Assembly (NCBI RefSeq): GCF_000981445.1
Contig: NC_027217.1
Location: 372,001 to 436,000, forward strand
DNA length: 64,000 nucleotides
From: Babesia bigemina
Lineage: Eukaryota
Direction: 5' to 3'
Positions 34,984 to 44,901 of this stretch are shown piece by piece. Positions within the stretch are counted from its first letter, which is position 1, and each line of letters starts with the position of its first letter. Both the position numbers and the translations under genes were made by a program. Below the pieces are notes generated by a model, which worked only from the letters and a program-made list of their open reading frames with translations, was not told the origin of the DNA and did not search any database.

Positions 34984-36643
34984 AGATATATGCGTTGTTA
35001 TTGTGACGGCAACCTATGTCTGTAGTGCCATTGCGTGGAATTGTGCCTCTAATTGCCTATTGCGTCCCGACAGACAACGCATAGTGCGGGAAGTCTTTAG
35101 CGCCTCATACGGCGCATAGTTGTCACAAGCACTGGACAATTACGATGCGAAGTGTGACATTTGATGTTACGGAAGGTTACTGGATGAGGGGGCATACGAC
35201 AGGGTAACAGACGGAATAGTTACTGTATGGAATCCTTATAACAAGCACTAAACGCCGAGATGCACATTCAAGGTAATCAGAACGAAGATTGCGAGAATAT
35301 GTCGAAAGGGTTCCACATGTACTCATGTTGTGGTTATAAAAACACGTAGTCATCATCTCCGCATATCTCTAAATAAACATGCACAGCAATGAATAACGTA
35401 GCGTAATCATTCAGCAATCCGTGCCAACTGACGCTATACAGTAACCATATCCATAGATCTATATCATTGTATCCCGGTATACGGGCAATCACGGCAACAG
35501 AACACTCGGCGTTGAAGTGCTGAGTCTGCGCGGCAAAAGTATGTATGACAAGGCATACCGCTAGCGCAATGACGATGACATGGCAATCACTTAAGATCCA
35601 AAACCTGTCTTGACTCCGCTTGCAACACTACCTACTGCCGACGGCAGATGCAGTGAAGGATAGCTATGATGCCGATTAGTGCAATATTTTGGCTTCACCG
35701 GTAAAAATGCTCATATTCAGCGATATATGTGGCCAATATTCCACCACAGATTCGCCTTGAATATAACTCAGCACCCCACCTGTGATGACACTTGTCATAC
35801 GCTAATGCGGGGCGTCAGCTACTTAGCTCCTCTCTTCACAGGCATCTGTGAACCGCTTGGCTTCGTTTTACAACCCAGCCAGTACAATATTCACGCAAGA
35901 AATGTCGAAGTGCATCATGCGCTATAGCTTAACATTTTTGACATGTAGCGGTATTAACCCTTAATCGGAGGCCTGCGTTTTGTGATGTATCAGTGTTACA
36001 TATTGCTTATACAGCATATGTCAATAATTGTGTTAAATGGAATCTTGGATGCCATCGTATAGCGCCGCCTTGGGTGGCGCAACGCTTAAACGGCTCACAA
36101 GGCCAGTAAGTGTATAGCCCTCATCAATGACGATTACTTTCATGCTTGGTCGTTTCGGGCGGAACTACATCATCTATCCTCAAGAGAATGAGTGGGATAG
36201 AAGTTTGATTTGTCATGTGATATTAGGTATAGGTATTAATGCACCTTCCAGTCAACGGGCATTACGCGTTTGTCCCACTGCCAGTCCACCAATATTTCTA
36301 GAGGCGCCGCTTATCGATACTCCACCTAAGTATGCTTATAGCAGCGTACACGATTTACAACCTGCGGATCACCAAGCAAGATGTCGGCTATGCGCACATT
36401 GGAGCTTGCGACGTTCAAACGACTTGCCACAACGTGCCATGAATAGCATTGACGCAACACAAGATTATGTTGTCACACTTGGCGACACCGACATAGGGTA
36501 CAATGTATGTATGGATGACACTGGTAATAATTACATTTCATAATTAGAAATATATGGTAAGAATTCGTTGATGCTACTGACTGGTGAATCGGAGTCGGCA
36601 CCTTTTTGTGCCTGGCCGCTTTCACAGCTCTTGCAATCTCCTA

Positions 36644-37402
36644 TCAATAGAACGCCCAGAATCCAGCGAGGTCGAAAATAAAGTCAATTGTCTCTTCAAA
36701 ACCGTCCAAGGCATCTCCGACATACGAAGCCGTCATGCCAGCGCGGCGTTGTGGCTCTACGTAACCCAAGGCTTCTATCATCTCCTGCATACGCTTATAC
36801 GCAATAAACGGCGGAAATCTCAACATCGCAGCAAACACAGCAGCATTCAAAGATGATATGCTTGCGCATAACATTGGCGCAATACCCACGAAGATTACTA
36901 CGCCAGTTTCCGGATGAGCCGAAAATGACGCATCCCACGTCGCCTGCGGACTGTAAGCAGACTTGTAGTGACTGCGGTTCTTTATTCTTCCCAGGAACTT
37001 CGCACAAGCATCCACGACGTAACATAGGTTTTCTGCGATGGTGTCAGCAGTGAGACCCTTTTTTTGTAAGTACTTCTCGTTCTTTGTATCGTGTGCAGAG
37101 CCAATGCGCTTGGCTAGCTGATCGGGTGTTTTACGCAAACGATCATTTAGTTTGATCAGAATACGCTTAACGGATCGACGCTTTTTAAGCTTCTCTTGCT
37201 CTAAGAACTCTCTAGAAACGCGTATGACTTTATCTAGATCTGACACCTCTGTGAATCTACCTGACATGTGTGCGTAAAAATCGTAAAGCGCCGCTTCCAA
37301 AACCTTCAAGTTCTTCATTCCATCGTCTCCCCTCACCGCCATCAACCAGTCAATACACTCCTTGAAGTTGCGAGGGACATGGGCCAGCGAATTGTATACC
37401 AC
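36644..37402 (-). CDS. Short ves(VESA)-like family gene; start ATG replaced by GTG, possibly a pseudogene or N-terminally extended
   Basis: VYNSLAHVPRNFKECIDWLMAVRG..YKSAYSPQATWDAS..FVGIAPML..DLAGFWAFY, paralogous to 57774-59090. The frame is open upstream to 37900. Confidence 0.75.
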   Translation of the reverse strand: MVYNSLAHVPRNFKECIDWLMAVRGDDGMKNLKVLEAALYDFYAHMSGRFTEVSDLDKVIRVSREFLEQEKLKKRRSVKRILIKLNDRLRKTPDQLAKRIGSAHDTKNEKYLQKKGLTADTIAENLCYVVDACAKFLGRIKNRSHYKSAYSPQATWDASFSAHPETGVVIFVGIAPMLCASISSLNAAVFAAMLRFPPFIAYKRMQEMIEALGYVEPQRRAGMTASYVGDALDGFEETIDFIFDLAGFWAFY

Positions 37403-37660
37403 GCGTTGATGGGCCCTTAAATTAGGCGATTTTTTAATCACACAAGTTTTGGGTATGTTTACCGACTGAGCTTGTAACCTGGCATGTTGTGATTGCGGAG
37501 GAGCAGAACACAACTGCTGTTGACCGCCACCGGACGGTGAGGTCCCTGCTCCACCATCCGGATGTGGCGTTTTCAACTTGCATGGAGCAACAACGTCTTT
37601 GTGTAACGCGCCACGCTGCAACAAGTCTACTAACGATTTAATCGTCTCAGCTATCTCCTT

Positions 37661-37750
37661 CATTTCCCTCATATCCTTCAGCGGCTTCATCATTTCCCTC
37701 ATATCCTTCAGCGTTGCCTTCATTTCGCTAATATCCTTCAGCGACTCCCT
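37661..37750. repeat. 30-bp tandem repeat, 3 copies
   Basis: Unit about CATTTCCCTCATATCCTTCAGCGGCTTCAT at 37661, 37691 and 37721. Confidence 0.9.
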
Positions 37751-38153
37751 CGTTTCCATCCTCGTCGTAATTCGAGTCACTATTACCGCCCGTAGGATCA
37801 CTCGCTGCCTGATAGGTCTGGTCATTTTCTTCTGTTGACACTGCCATCTTGCACGTGACGGATTCAAAAGCAGTGCCGCGGACAAAAATAAGCAGTGCAC
37901 CTGAACCTCAAAGTACCGTCTTCAAGTATAGATACACAACCCGGCTGCTCTCAACGTACGCTCTCGTAAGCGTGCTTTCAATGCTGGCTGCTCCTGCACG
38001 TGCTTGCTAATCACGGTTAACTAAACTATGACTGGTTATGGTGCCAGCATAATCTCCATCAAATTGCAGCCACTTCCACTCAAACTCTGAAAAAGTGGAT
38101 ACCCGACTTAGACTGGCATTGTGCGCACTTGCGTTGCAACTCCTGCGGGGTAA

Positions 38154-38594
38154 CTAATAAGTGGGTGGCCATGTTTGCGGGGCGCCCCTCAAAGCCTCTG
38201 CTAGGGTGCATTCTGGGGTTACGACTTCGAGGCTTATCACCATGCCTACAATAAATGCCACCACCCTGAAGATTAACTCATACATAGGCAAATATTCACC
38301 GAGATTCGCCCATATAGGGTTAAATCCACACGGTCTAGCCACCCACTCCCACCGGTCGACCAACGTGCTCAGGCACCGCCGCAGTGGTTGCTCACCCAAA
38401 TCGGGGGCTCAGTGAAGTCCCATCGCAGGTACCACGTATTGCTCTTCGTCGTGTGTTAAGGTCATCGCCGAGGTTTCAAAATGCGAACGGAGATGCAAAC
38501 CTCTAAGTTTCATCTTCTTCATGTCTGCGGTTGACAACGCCCAACTAAGTGGTTGTGACAAGTAATTCCACAGCACAGTCTTCACAGGGTCCAC
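38154..38594 (-). pseudogene. Stop-interrupted ORF of unknown family
   Basis: ORFs 38409-38594 and 38154-38399 share a frame and are separated by one TGA. Hydrophobic stretch LIFRVVAFIVGMVISL. Confidence 0.3.
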
Positions 38595-38779
38595 GGCCGT
38601 TCACACTAGTTACAAAAAACCACAACACAAGAATATGGTTTCCACTGGCAGTTACAATTGCAACACTCTACCCAAAGCAATGCTGGTACTGGAGACACGA
38701 ATAAACATAACGACCAACATGAACAATGACAATTAAACTCTGCCACTGACACAAAGATTTACTACGTCTGAGCTACTCA

Positions 38780-39046
38780 TTACTTGGAGTAGTAGTTCTC
38801 GATCTGGATGGTGGATAGGACTATGCCCTTGATGGTCACGCAGCGGCACTCCAACGGCGGGGTCTGGCGCAGGGTCTCGTATGGTCCTGCAAGTGAACTA
38901 TATAGACGCACGGTTACGAAGTGATTGGAATGTGATGCTACCAAAGACTGGCTGATGTCACTCAAGTTCTTCACTTCACCCTCCACTAACACTTGGTCGA
39001 AGCAATTGGGTGGGTCCAGGACGTACGGTGCTGGGCAGTAGAACGC
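38780..39046 (-). pseudogene. 3' fragment of a 6-Cys (s48/45)-like gene
   Basis: AFYCPAPYVLDPPNCFDQVLVEGEVKNLS..PPLECRCVTIKGIVLSTIQIENYYSK* is nearly collinear with the end of 53306-56179. Homology stops at an in-frame TAG (39047-39049). Confidence 0.9.
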
Positions 39047-39617
39047 CTATTCAATTATGGATAACTCATTGCAGATGTGAATAGATTCCGAGTTCGCGCT
39101 ATTAATACACATATGGCCGTGTATGGTGATGCGAAGTAGCTTACAGATAACGCTGGGCGCGACGAGACTGTTGATGCCGTCGAGTAGCTGCTGTGTCAGC
39201 GTGTCTTCGCCAACGCCAGTCTGCATGCGAAGACAGTCCACTTTGTAGGTGGCATACAAATCACATGACATAAATGCTCAGTGCGAGGGAGGCACTTTAT
39301 AATTGCGGAGTGTGGCCTCCACGAAGCTGGAGTCAGTTGCATAAATCAAATCTGAGTTGGACGTCTATCGATTCACGCCCTTTCACAGGGGCTCAGCAGG
39401 GTGCTGAAGCAGAGCTTCTAATGGCGCTAGTTTGTTTACGCAAAGCGGTTATAGCATGGTGTGACGTTTGTTGGTCACGTGATGCACAATGATGGAAACG
39501 TTGCGAGGCTCGTCTAGGGCGGATTGTGGACGAAACATCTTATATATCCAATGTAAATATTGTTGCATTCCTTCAACTCATCCCTAGCGAAACTAAGCTT
39601 CGCCGCATGTCCGGCAT

Positions 39618-40421
39618 TTGTTGGTAAATGACTGGGTGTATTGTTTAGGGGTGCAACGTAATGTGTATATAAGGTTTACGCAGTGTATAACTGTAGTGTT
39701 GTGGTCCATGTGTGGTATATGGCGCGTATTGTCATTCAACGCAGTTTGCAAGCAAATTATTGAGTTAGCTGTTGAAGATAACCGCCATTATGCTGAACCT
39801 ACTGCGGGATGCATATTGATGGGAGTCCGACTACTTGCGTGTCTATTGTTCTTAGAAACGCCGCCATTTGGGACGTTGCTTTGGTATCATTTGGTAGAGT
39901 TGGCAACACTTGGTGCAACATACGATACAGCCAACGGTGTATATAGACCTGTTATGACGAACGTGATCAAACATAGGTATCATGCTACCAGAACAGGCAT
40001 AACGAAGTGTCTGTCAGGCTATGTAGGTGCTATAACGTACGGAAGCATGTTTATAAATTTGTTGAAGGCGTTCGGTCACATCTCCTATAATGGACCGCTT
40101 GACACCGTGGAGGCAGCTGTTAAAGAAGTCAACGCCGAAGCGATACGGAAATCCATGATGTACCTTATAGTGTCAAGCACATTGCTCAGCCTTGTCTGTT
40201 ATTTTGCCCTGTTTTCACATGCAACAGATAGGGTTCCGAGTGAGCAGGAACGTTTGAAAAAAAGAGAAAAGGAAAAAAAGACTGAGCAGAACAAGATGAC
40301 GAATAGCAAAAACATGAAACGATGCCCAAAGGAACAAAGGCTTCGCCTAACTAATCGTCGGAGTCACTCTGTTTTGAGTCTCCAAGGCCATTCGAATATC
40401 ATCGCTACTCGCCAATGTTAA
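39618..40421 (+). pseudogene. C-terminal half of an MFS / Babesia multi-transmembrane (mtm-like) transporter
   Basis: Several TM segments, WYHLVEL..VYRPVMTNVI..FGH..VNAEAIRKSMMYL. No ATG start, and upstream frames are broken by stops. Confidence 0.6.
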
Positions 40422-41230
40422 GGGTAAAAACACCTAGTGTATCACGCGTCATTTTATATAACTTTCTCGTCTGGTGGGTCGATGCTTCGAACGGTGAATA
40501 CACCTGTAAACTCAGCCAATAGGTGGACGATTAATGCGTAGCCAAATTACGCGATACACTACTGCTTTGTTAAGCGCAATCCAGACGTTCCACTGCATGG
40601 CGAGAGAAGTACTATGCGGACTAGGTGAGACAGCGAGATGTATTTGACTTTAGGACATGCAGCTTATGATGATGGTCATTATCGTGCATATCGTAATAAC
40701 CAATTAAGACCATCTGGTGTCAGAGAGATAAGGAGGCGGAATAACGGAGACGGCGGAGTATCTCAAATGGGCAGTTTCGAACCAAGTGCCAAGTTTCAAT
40801 GCGCCAATCCATCTGACGTGGAACACGAAGCCAGGCAATTATGGCTCTCTGAACGACACTCGCCCCCGGACAGGGTGGATGCCATCACGGATGGGACGAC
40901 TAATCGACGTCATCATCGCGACGCCTAACCCACAGGTGAGACCGGAGGCGCGTGGGACAACGGCTCAGAACCGAAAACAGGCCACATACGAGGAGCCACA
41001 TAGCACAGAATAATAATTGTAGCTTACACCACTGTACAAAACCATCAACAGACATCAGCTTCAAAGAGTCGACTTAAAACGTCGGAACCGAAAGAATTAT
41101 GTCATGTTAATGTATTAGAGTTTTATAAATATGAATATTCGCATCTGTGGCACGCATTTACGTAACTCACAGGCACAGCGAACTTGAACTCGGTTGCCCT
41201 ATCGATTTGATACAATGCACCCTATTTCGC

Positions 41231-43717
41231 TTATAGATGTGTCGCAACTTCTCTAATCTCTTGCACTTTCTGCGAATCGCCGTCTTTTGAGATTTTGGCG
41301 TAATGGTCAGCCAGCGTGGCGTACAGTCTGGATTTTATGACCTTCTGGTATCGGTTGGTAACGAGCCGAAGTTGCTTCATGGACGGTATATCGCAATCCA
41401 TAAGTCTGTCTCCGAATACAATGCCTGATATGCGATTCATTGCCGATGCCGCCTTATCAGAATCTAATTCCGCGTCCTTAAGTTCGAGAGAGGTTTCAAG
41501 TTCAGCGGCCAGTGTGCTTACCATGGAGTCCACTTTCTTGTTCAAATCGGCCTGCAATGGCTCTTTATAAAACGCGGGCACCAGCTCACTGGTCATAGAG
41601 TCTAAGAGCACGGAGGTGCAGTTGATAATATACGCACTCGAGGTATCACCGCACCTCTCTGCTGATCGACGGCACCAATTTACCGCTGGAACTACCGTTT
41701 GCCTCAGAACCTCCTCAAAGTCGTCTGACACATCATATAACACCTGTATATTAGTAAGATCGGCGATGAAGTCCGCGACGATTCGAACGGACTGTGGCAC
41801 TGCCATATCTAGTATGGCCGCAGCATCCATGAAAAAGGCTTCAGTAGCCTCTAACGGCGCCGTTATCCTGTCATTTATGCTTCTTATGAGGTAGTTACGC
41901 CAATCCGACTGAGTTCTCCTGAGTGTGGATATAAGCGGATCGTGGGCGACATAATCATTTTCCTCACCAGCTTGGCCTCCTTTTGTATTTTGGGGCACAT
42001 TACGATACGGATATCGATAAGGATCATACGGCTTTGTATCCGGATTTCCATCTGAGCCGCTCTCACTGTCATCGTCATAACTACTGTGTTCATCGTAGTA
42101 GTAATCATCATCATCCATATATGACCTACGTGAATAATCACTGTACGAGTCATAATCATCATCTGAATAATCTCGATAATAGTTTCTCCGTATACCATAT
42201 CTTCTTCGGTTTTTCCTTTTCTTCTTTTTATCCGCCGATTTCTTTTCCTTTTCGTTATCTGCGTCTTTATTGACCACATCATTGGCTACATCAACGCCCT
42301 CATAATTCCCACGTTCGGTGTTAGCTTCACCATCGCCCTTGTTATCTACTTCGATTTCGGCCGGTGGGTCGCCGATGACTATTCCGGCGGGCGCTGACGC
42401 AGCGTCCCACGGCGTGGTTAGCACCTCCTTCATCCGTTTAACACACATCTTGGAAATGTGTATTGCATTGAATATATCTAATACTGAATCACAGGTGACT
42501 ATGCTTTCATCACCCTTCACCGAACCGGGTTCCATGATGCGGTTGAGTTTTGTTTCCAGCGGGTTGACCAGCCTTCTCAATATCTCTCTGAGATAGTTAG
42601 GAGCCCCAATGAACTCCACTCCATTTTCTTTAAGACCAGATTCAGATAGAGGCAGTCCTGCGTTTCCATATATGCCCTCTACGCACCTTTTCATGAATTC
42701 CACATTCTTAACAAGATGCTCAAGCACCACCGATACCGACGCGCTGCGGTTGTTCGGTTCCACGGATACAGCGTTAGCGTATGCCGAAAAGCGCTTTGTA
42801 GACAGCTGCCCAAGGATTTCGCGCATGCCTGAAACGAAGTGGTACAGGTATGTGGGACGCAGGCGGAGAAGCCGCAGTGCTCGAAGCGCCAAAGACGCAC
42901 CCGCCTCATCACTGCATTCGAAGATCCGCTGAAAACCAATTTCGTCGATTTCATGCCCTGCCGGCGGAGGCACGAACGAGTTCGAGTGCCGGAGCGCGAT
43001 AGTGCTGGCGTCATCACAGGCAGCGCACAGGTCTAAGGACATCTTGCGTGACGCCTTTTGTAGACCGAGGAAACACGTCTCACACAGTCGGTCAACGTTC
43101 GCGTTGATCCGCTGTGACGCCTCGTGAAGGACTGGTGATCCCTTCAGATACTCTAGTTCGTGTAGCGCATCGCAGAAGTTTTTGGACTCCGTTATGCCCT
43201 GCGCCGCCTCGAGCACTCGCTCCATACTGGCAGCTCCGGCGTTGTCGGCTTGATCCTCCCCGACTACTCCCCCAATGTCGATGTTGCCGATCGACGGATT
43301 CAGTTGCTCCACTACCCTGTTAACCGCTCCTAGCCTCTTCTCCGTGAGTGCGATGTGTTGTCGCACACTGTCCATTTCTGAATACACGCCACTTTGCTCG
43401 ATACCCTGCATGTTCCGCTTCGCAGCAGCGATTCTTGAGGCGACGTTCTCGATGCGCTCCAGCATCGCCGTGGCTCCGTCGACCACGGGTTTAAACTGCC
43501 GGTGTGCCTTCCTAAGCCGTTCAACGTTCCGATCAAGCATTGCGACGCGGATTTGGGCCATCGGCGACGCCGGGCTGGGCGCCCAGTTGGCATCCGCGCC
43601 GTGGCGACGCTCTAGCACGTCGTCCGCGCTGCTCAGAACCCGAGCTATTCGCGGCACCTCCATCCTGAGCGCTTCAAGGCGCTCGAGGCATTGTTTCACG
43701 CGCTCGTTAGCCTCCAT
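41231..43717 (-). CDS. COG6: Conserved oligomeric Golgi complex subunit 6 (COG6)-like
   Basis: LRLLRLRPTYLYHFV, ILRRLVNPLETKLNRIM, FEEVLRQTVVPAVNWCRRSA..AYIINC. Single exon, 828 aa. Confidence 0.72.
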   Translation of the reverse strand: MEANERVKQCLERLEALRMEVPRIARVLSSADDVLERRHGADANWAPSPASPMAQIRVAMLDRNVERLRKAHRQFKPVVDGATAMLERIENVASRIAAAKRNMQGIEQSGVYSEMDSVRQHIALTEKRLGAVNRVVEQLNPSIGNIDIGGVVGEDQADNAGAASMERVLEAAQGITESKNFCDALHELEYLKGSPVLHEASQRINANVDRLCETCFLGLQKASRKMSLDLCAACDDASTIALRHSNSFVPPPAGHEIDEIGFQRIFECSDEAGASLALRALRLLRLRPTYLYHFVSGMREILGQLSTKRFSAYANAVSVEPNNRSASVSVVLEHLVKNVEFMKRCVEGIYGNAGLPLSESGLKENGVEFIGAPNYLREILRRLVNPLETKLNRIMEPGSVKGDESIVTCDSVLDIFNAIHISKMCVKRMKEVLTTPWDAASAPAGIVIGDPPAEIEVDNKGDGEANTERGNYEGVDVANDVVNKDADNEKEKKSADKKKKRKNRRRYGIRRNYYRDYSDDDYDSYSDYSRRSYMDDDDYYYDEHSSYDDDSESGSDGNPDTKPYDPYRYPYRNVPQNTKGGQAGEENDYVAHDPLISTLRRTQSDWRNYLIRSINDRITAPLEATEAFFMDAAAILDMAVPQSVRIVADFIADLTNIQVLYDVSDDFEEVLRQTVVPAVNWCRRSAERCGDTSSAYIINCTSVLLDSMTSELVPAFYKEPLQADLNKKVDSMVSTLAAELETSLELKDAELDSDKAASAMNRISGIVFGDRLMDCDIPSMKQLRLVTNRYQKVIKSRLYATLADHYAKISKDGDSQKVQEIREVATHL

Positions 43718-43829
43718 GGGACCAGGTGTGCGTTGTGAATTGAATGTGTACGCGAGCCCGTCGGGGCCTCGCGACGTGCGTATGTGTGGAATAAGACAAT
43801 GTTAACGCGTGTTGTACAAAGCGCTGCGA

Positions 43830-44588
43830 TTACGCCTGGCTGGGCGGATATGGTGAGGGGAAGAGCCGGCTGCGTGGGAGCTGCATCGGCTCGTGGAGTA
43901 TGAACTTGTGCCCCTCCTGTAGCAGCTTGTCGTAGCAGCGCTTCTTGCACTCGAGCTCCAGCCACCGGCACTCCTTGCAGCGCCCCTTGGGGTACTGCAG
44001 GAAGAAGCTGCCGTGCCATGTGAAATCCTTCAGGCGGTTGTTGTTGAACTCCCTGGGCACAACCTCCACGTTCGGCGGCTTGTCGTACACGTGCCGCTTG
44101 TGCTGCACGAAATAGTATAGCACGTACAGCATGAGCCCGCTGATCACAGTGTTCATAAATATCCCTTGCTTGCGTTCCAGCTCGGTCAGCATCATGATGC
44201 TCTTGCGGCACTCCGCGGGGGAGCGCAGGATGTGGAACTTGCGGCTGTTGAGCATCGACAGGGTGCCGCCGATGTCCATGTATCGGTAAATCCGGTCACC
44301 AATGGTCTCTCGTCCGTCTTCCCTAACCACCTCAATGATGTTCGGGTTGTCAAAAATCCGGCATGATTGGTACCCAGGCTGGTGCTCCGACGACAGTCTG
44401 TCGCCGCGCACTGTGGGATTAGGCACTGCAGTGGCCTCGTATAGCGACTTTGGCCTCTCCGCTGGCTGCACGGTGTCGGAACATGCCAGCTGCGAGAACT
44501 GGCGGCGATTCGAAAGGTTGAAAACGCGTCCAACGGCTCCCGCTGCGTCCGCCAGAACGGCGTAGCGCCTAGGGGCCAAATAAGCCAT
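43830..44588 (-). CDS. Apicomplexan cytochrome c oxidase subunit ApiCOX25 (COX6A-like)
   Basis: Presequence-like N-terminus, one TM segment, then DFTWHG..RCKECRWLELECKKRC. Family assignment is from recall. Confidence 0.65.
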   Translation of the reverse strand: MAYLAPRRYAVLADAAGAVGRVFNLSNRRQFSQLACSDTVQPAERPKSLYEATAVPNPTVRGDRLSSEHQPGYQSCRIFDNPNIIEVVREDGRETIGDRIYRYMDIGGTLSMLNSRKFHILRSPAECRKSIMMLTELERKQGIFMNTVISGLMLYVLYYFVQHKRHVYDKPPNVEVVPREFNNNRLKDFTWHGSFFLQYPKGRCKECRWLELECKKRCYDKLLQEGHKFILHEPMQLPRSRLFPSPYPPSQA

Positions 44589-44901
44589 CGCTACACCGGC
44601 GTCAGCAACGATTTATTGATCAAGTGGTGCCGATGCCGCTATAAATCACATCGAAAGTCAATTGCCGTGTGTCGGCGCGCGCGTGGAGGCCGCGTCAGTC
44701 CCCATGGCGATCCGGGGCGACGTCCGCTCCACCTTTCTATCTATTTCACGATATGCTATTGTTTAAAAGCGTTGTCACTGCGCAAATTGTATATGTGGAC
44801 GCTGGCCATGTCTGGCCGACGTTGCGAGGATTACGCCGTGATTTCGGCAACAGCGGCAGTAACCGGCAGCGCTGCAAGTCAACCTCCAGATGTCAAAGGC
44901 G

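Larger units (their letters stand above)
35000..41200. other. Accessory island 1 (AT-richer, multigene-family genes and pseudogenes)
   Basis: Visible drop in GC and gene density between the Med4-like gene and COG6. Contains ves-like, 6-Cys fragment and MFS remnants. Boundaries are approximate. Confidence 0.7.

Noticed and set aside
39047..39271. In-frame upstream continuation of the 6-Cys fragment
   Set aside because: It is separated by TAG, shows no similarity to the intact paralog, and the obvious donor is in the wrong phase.
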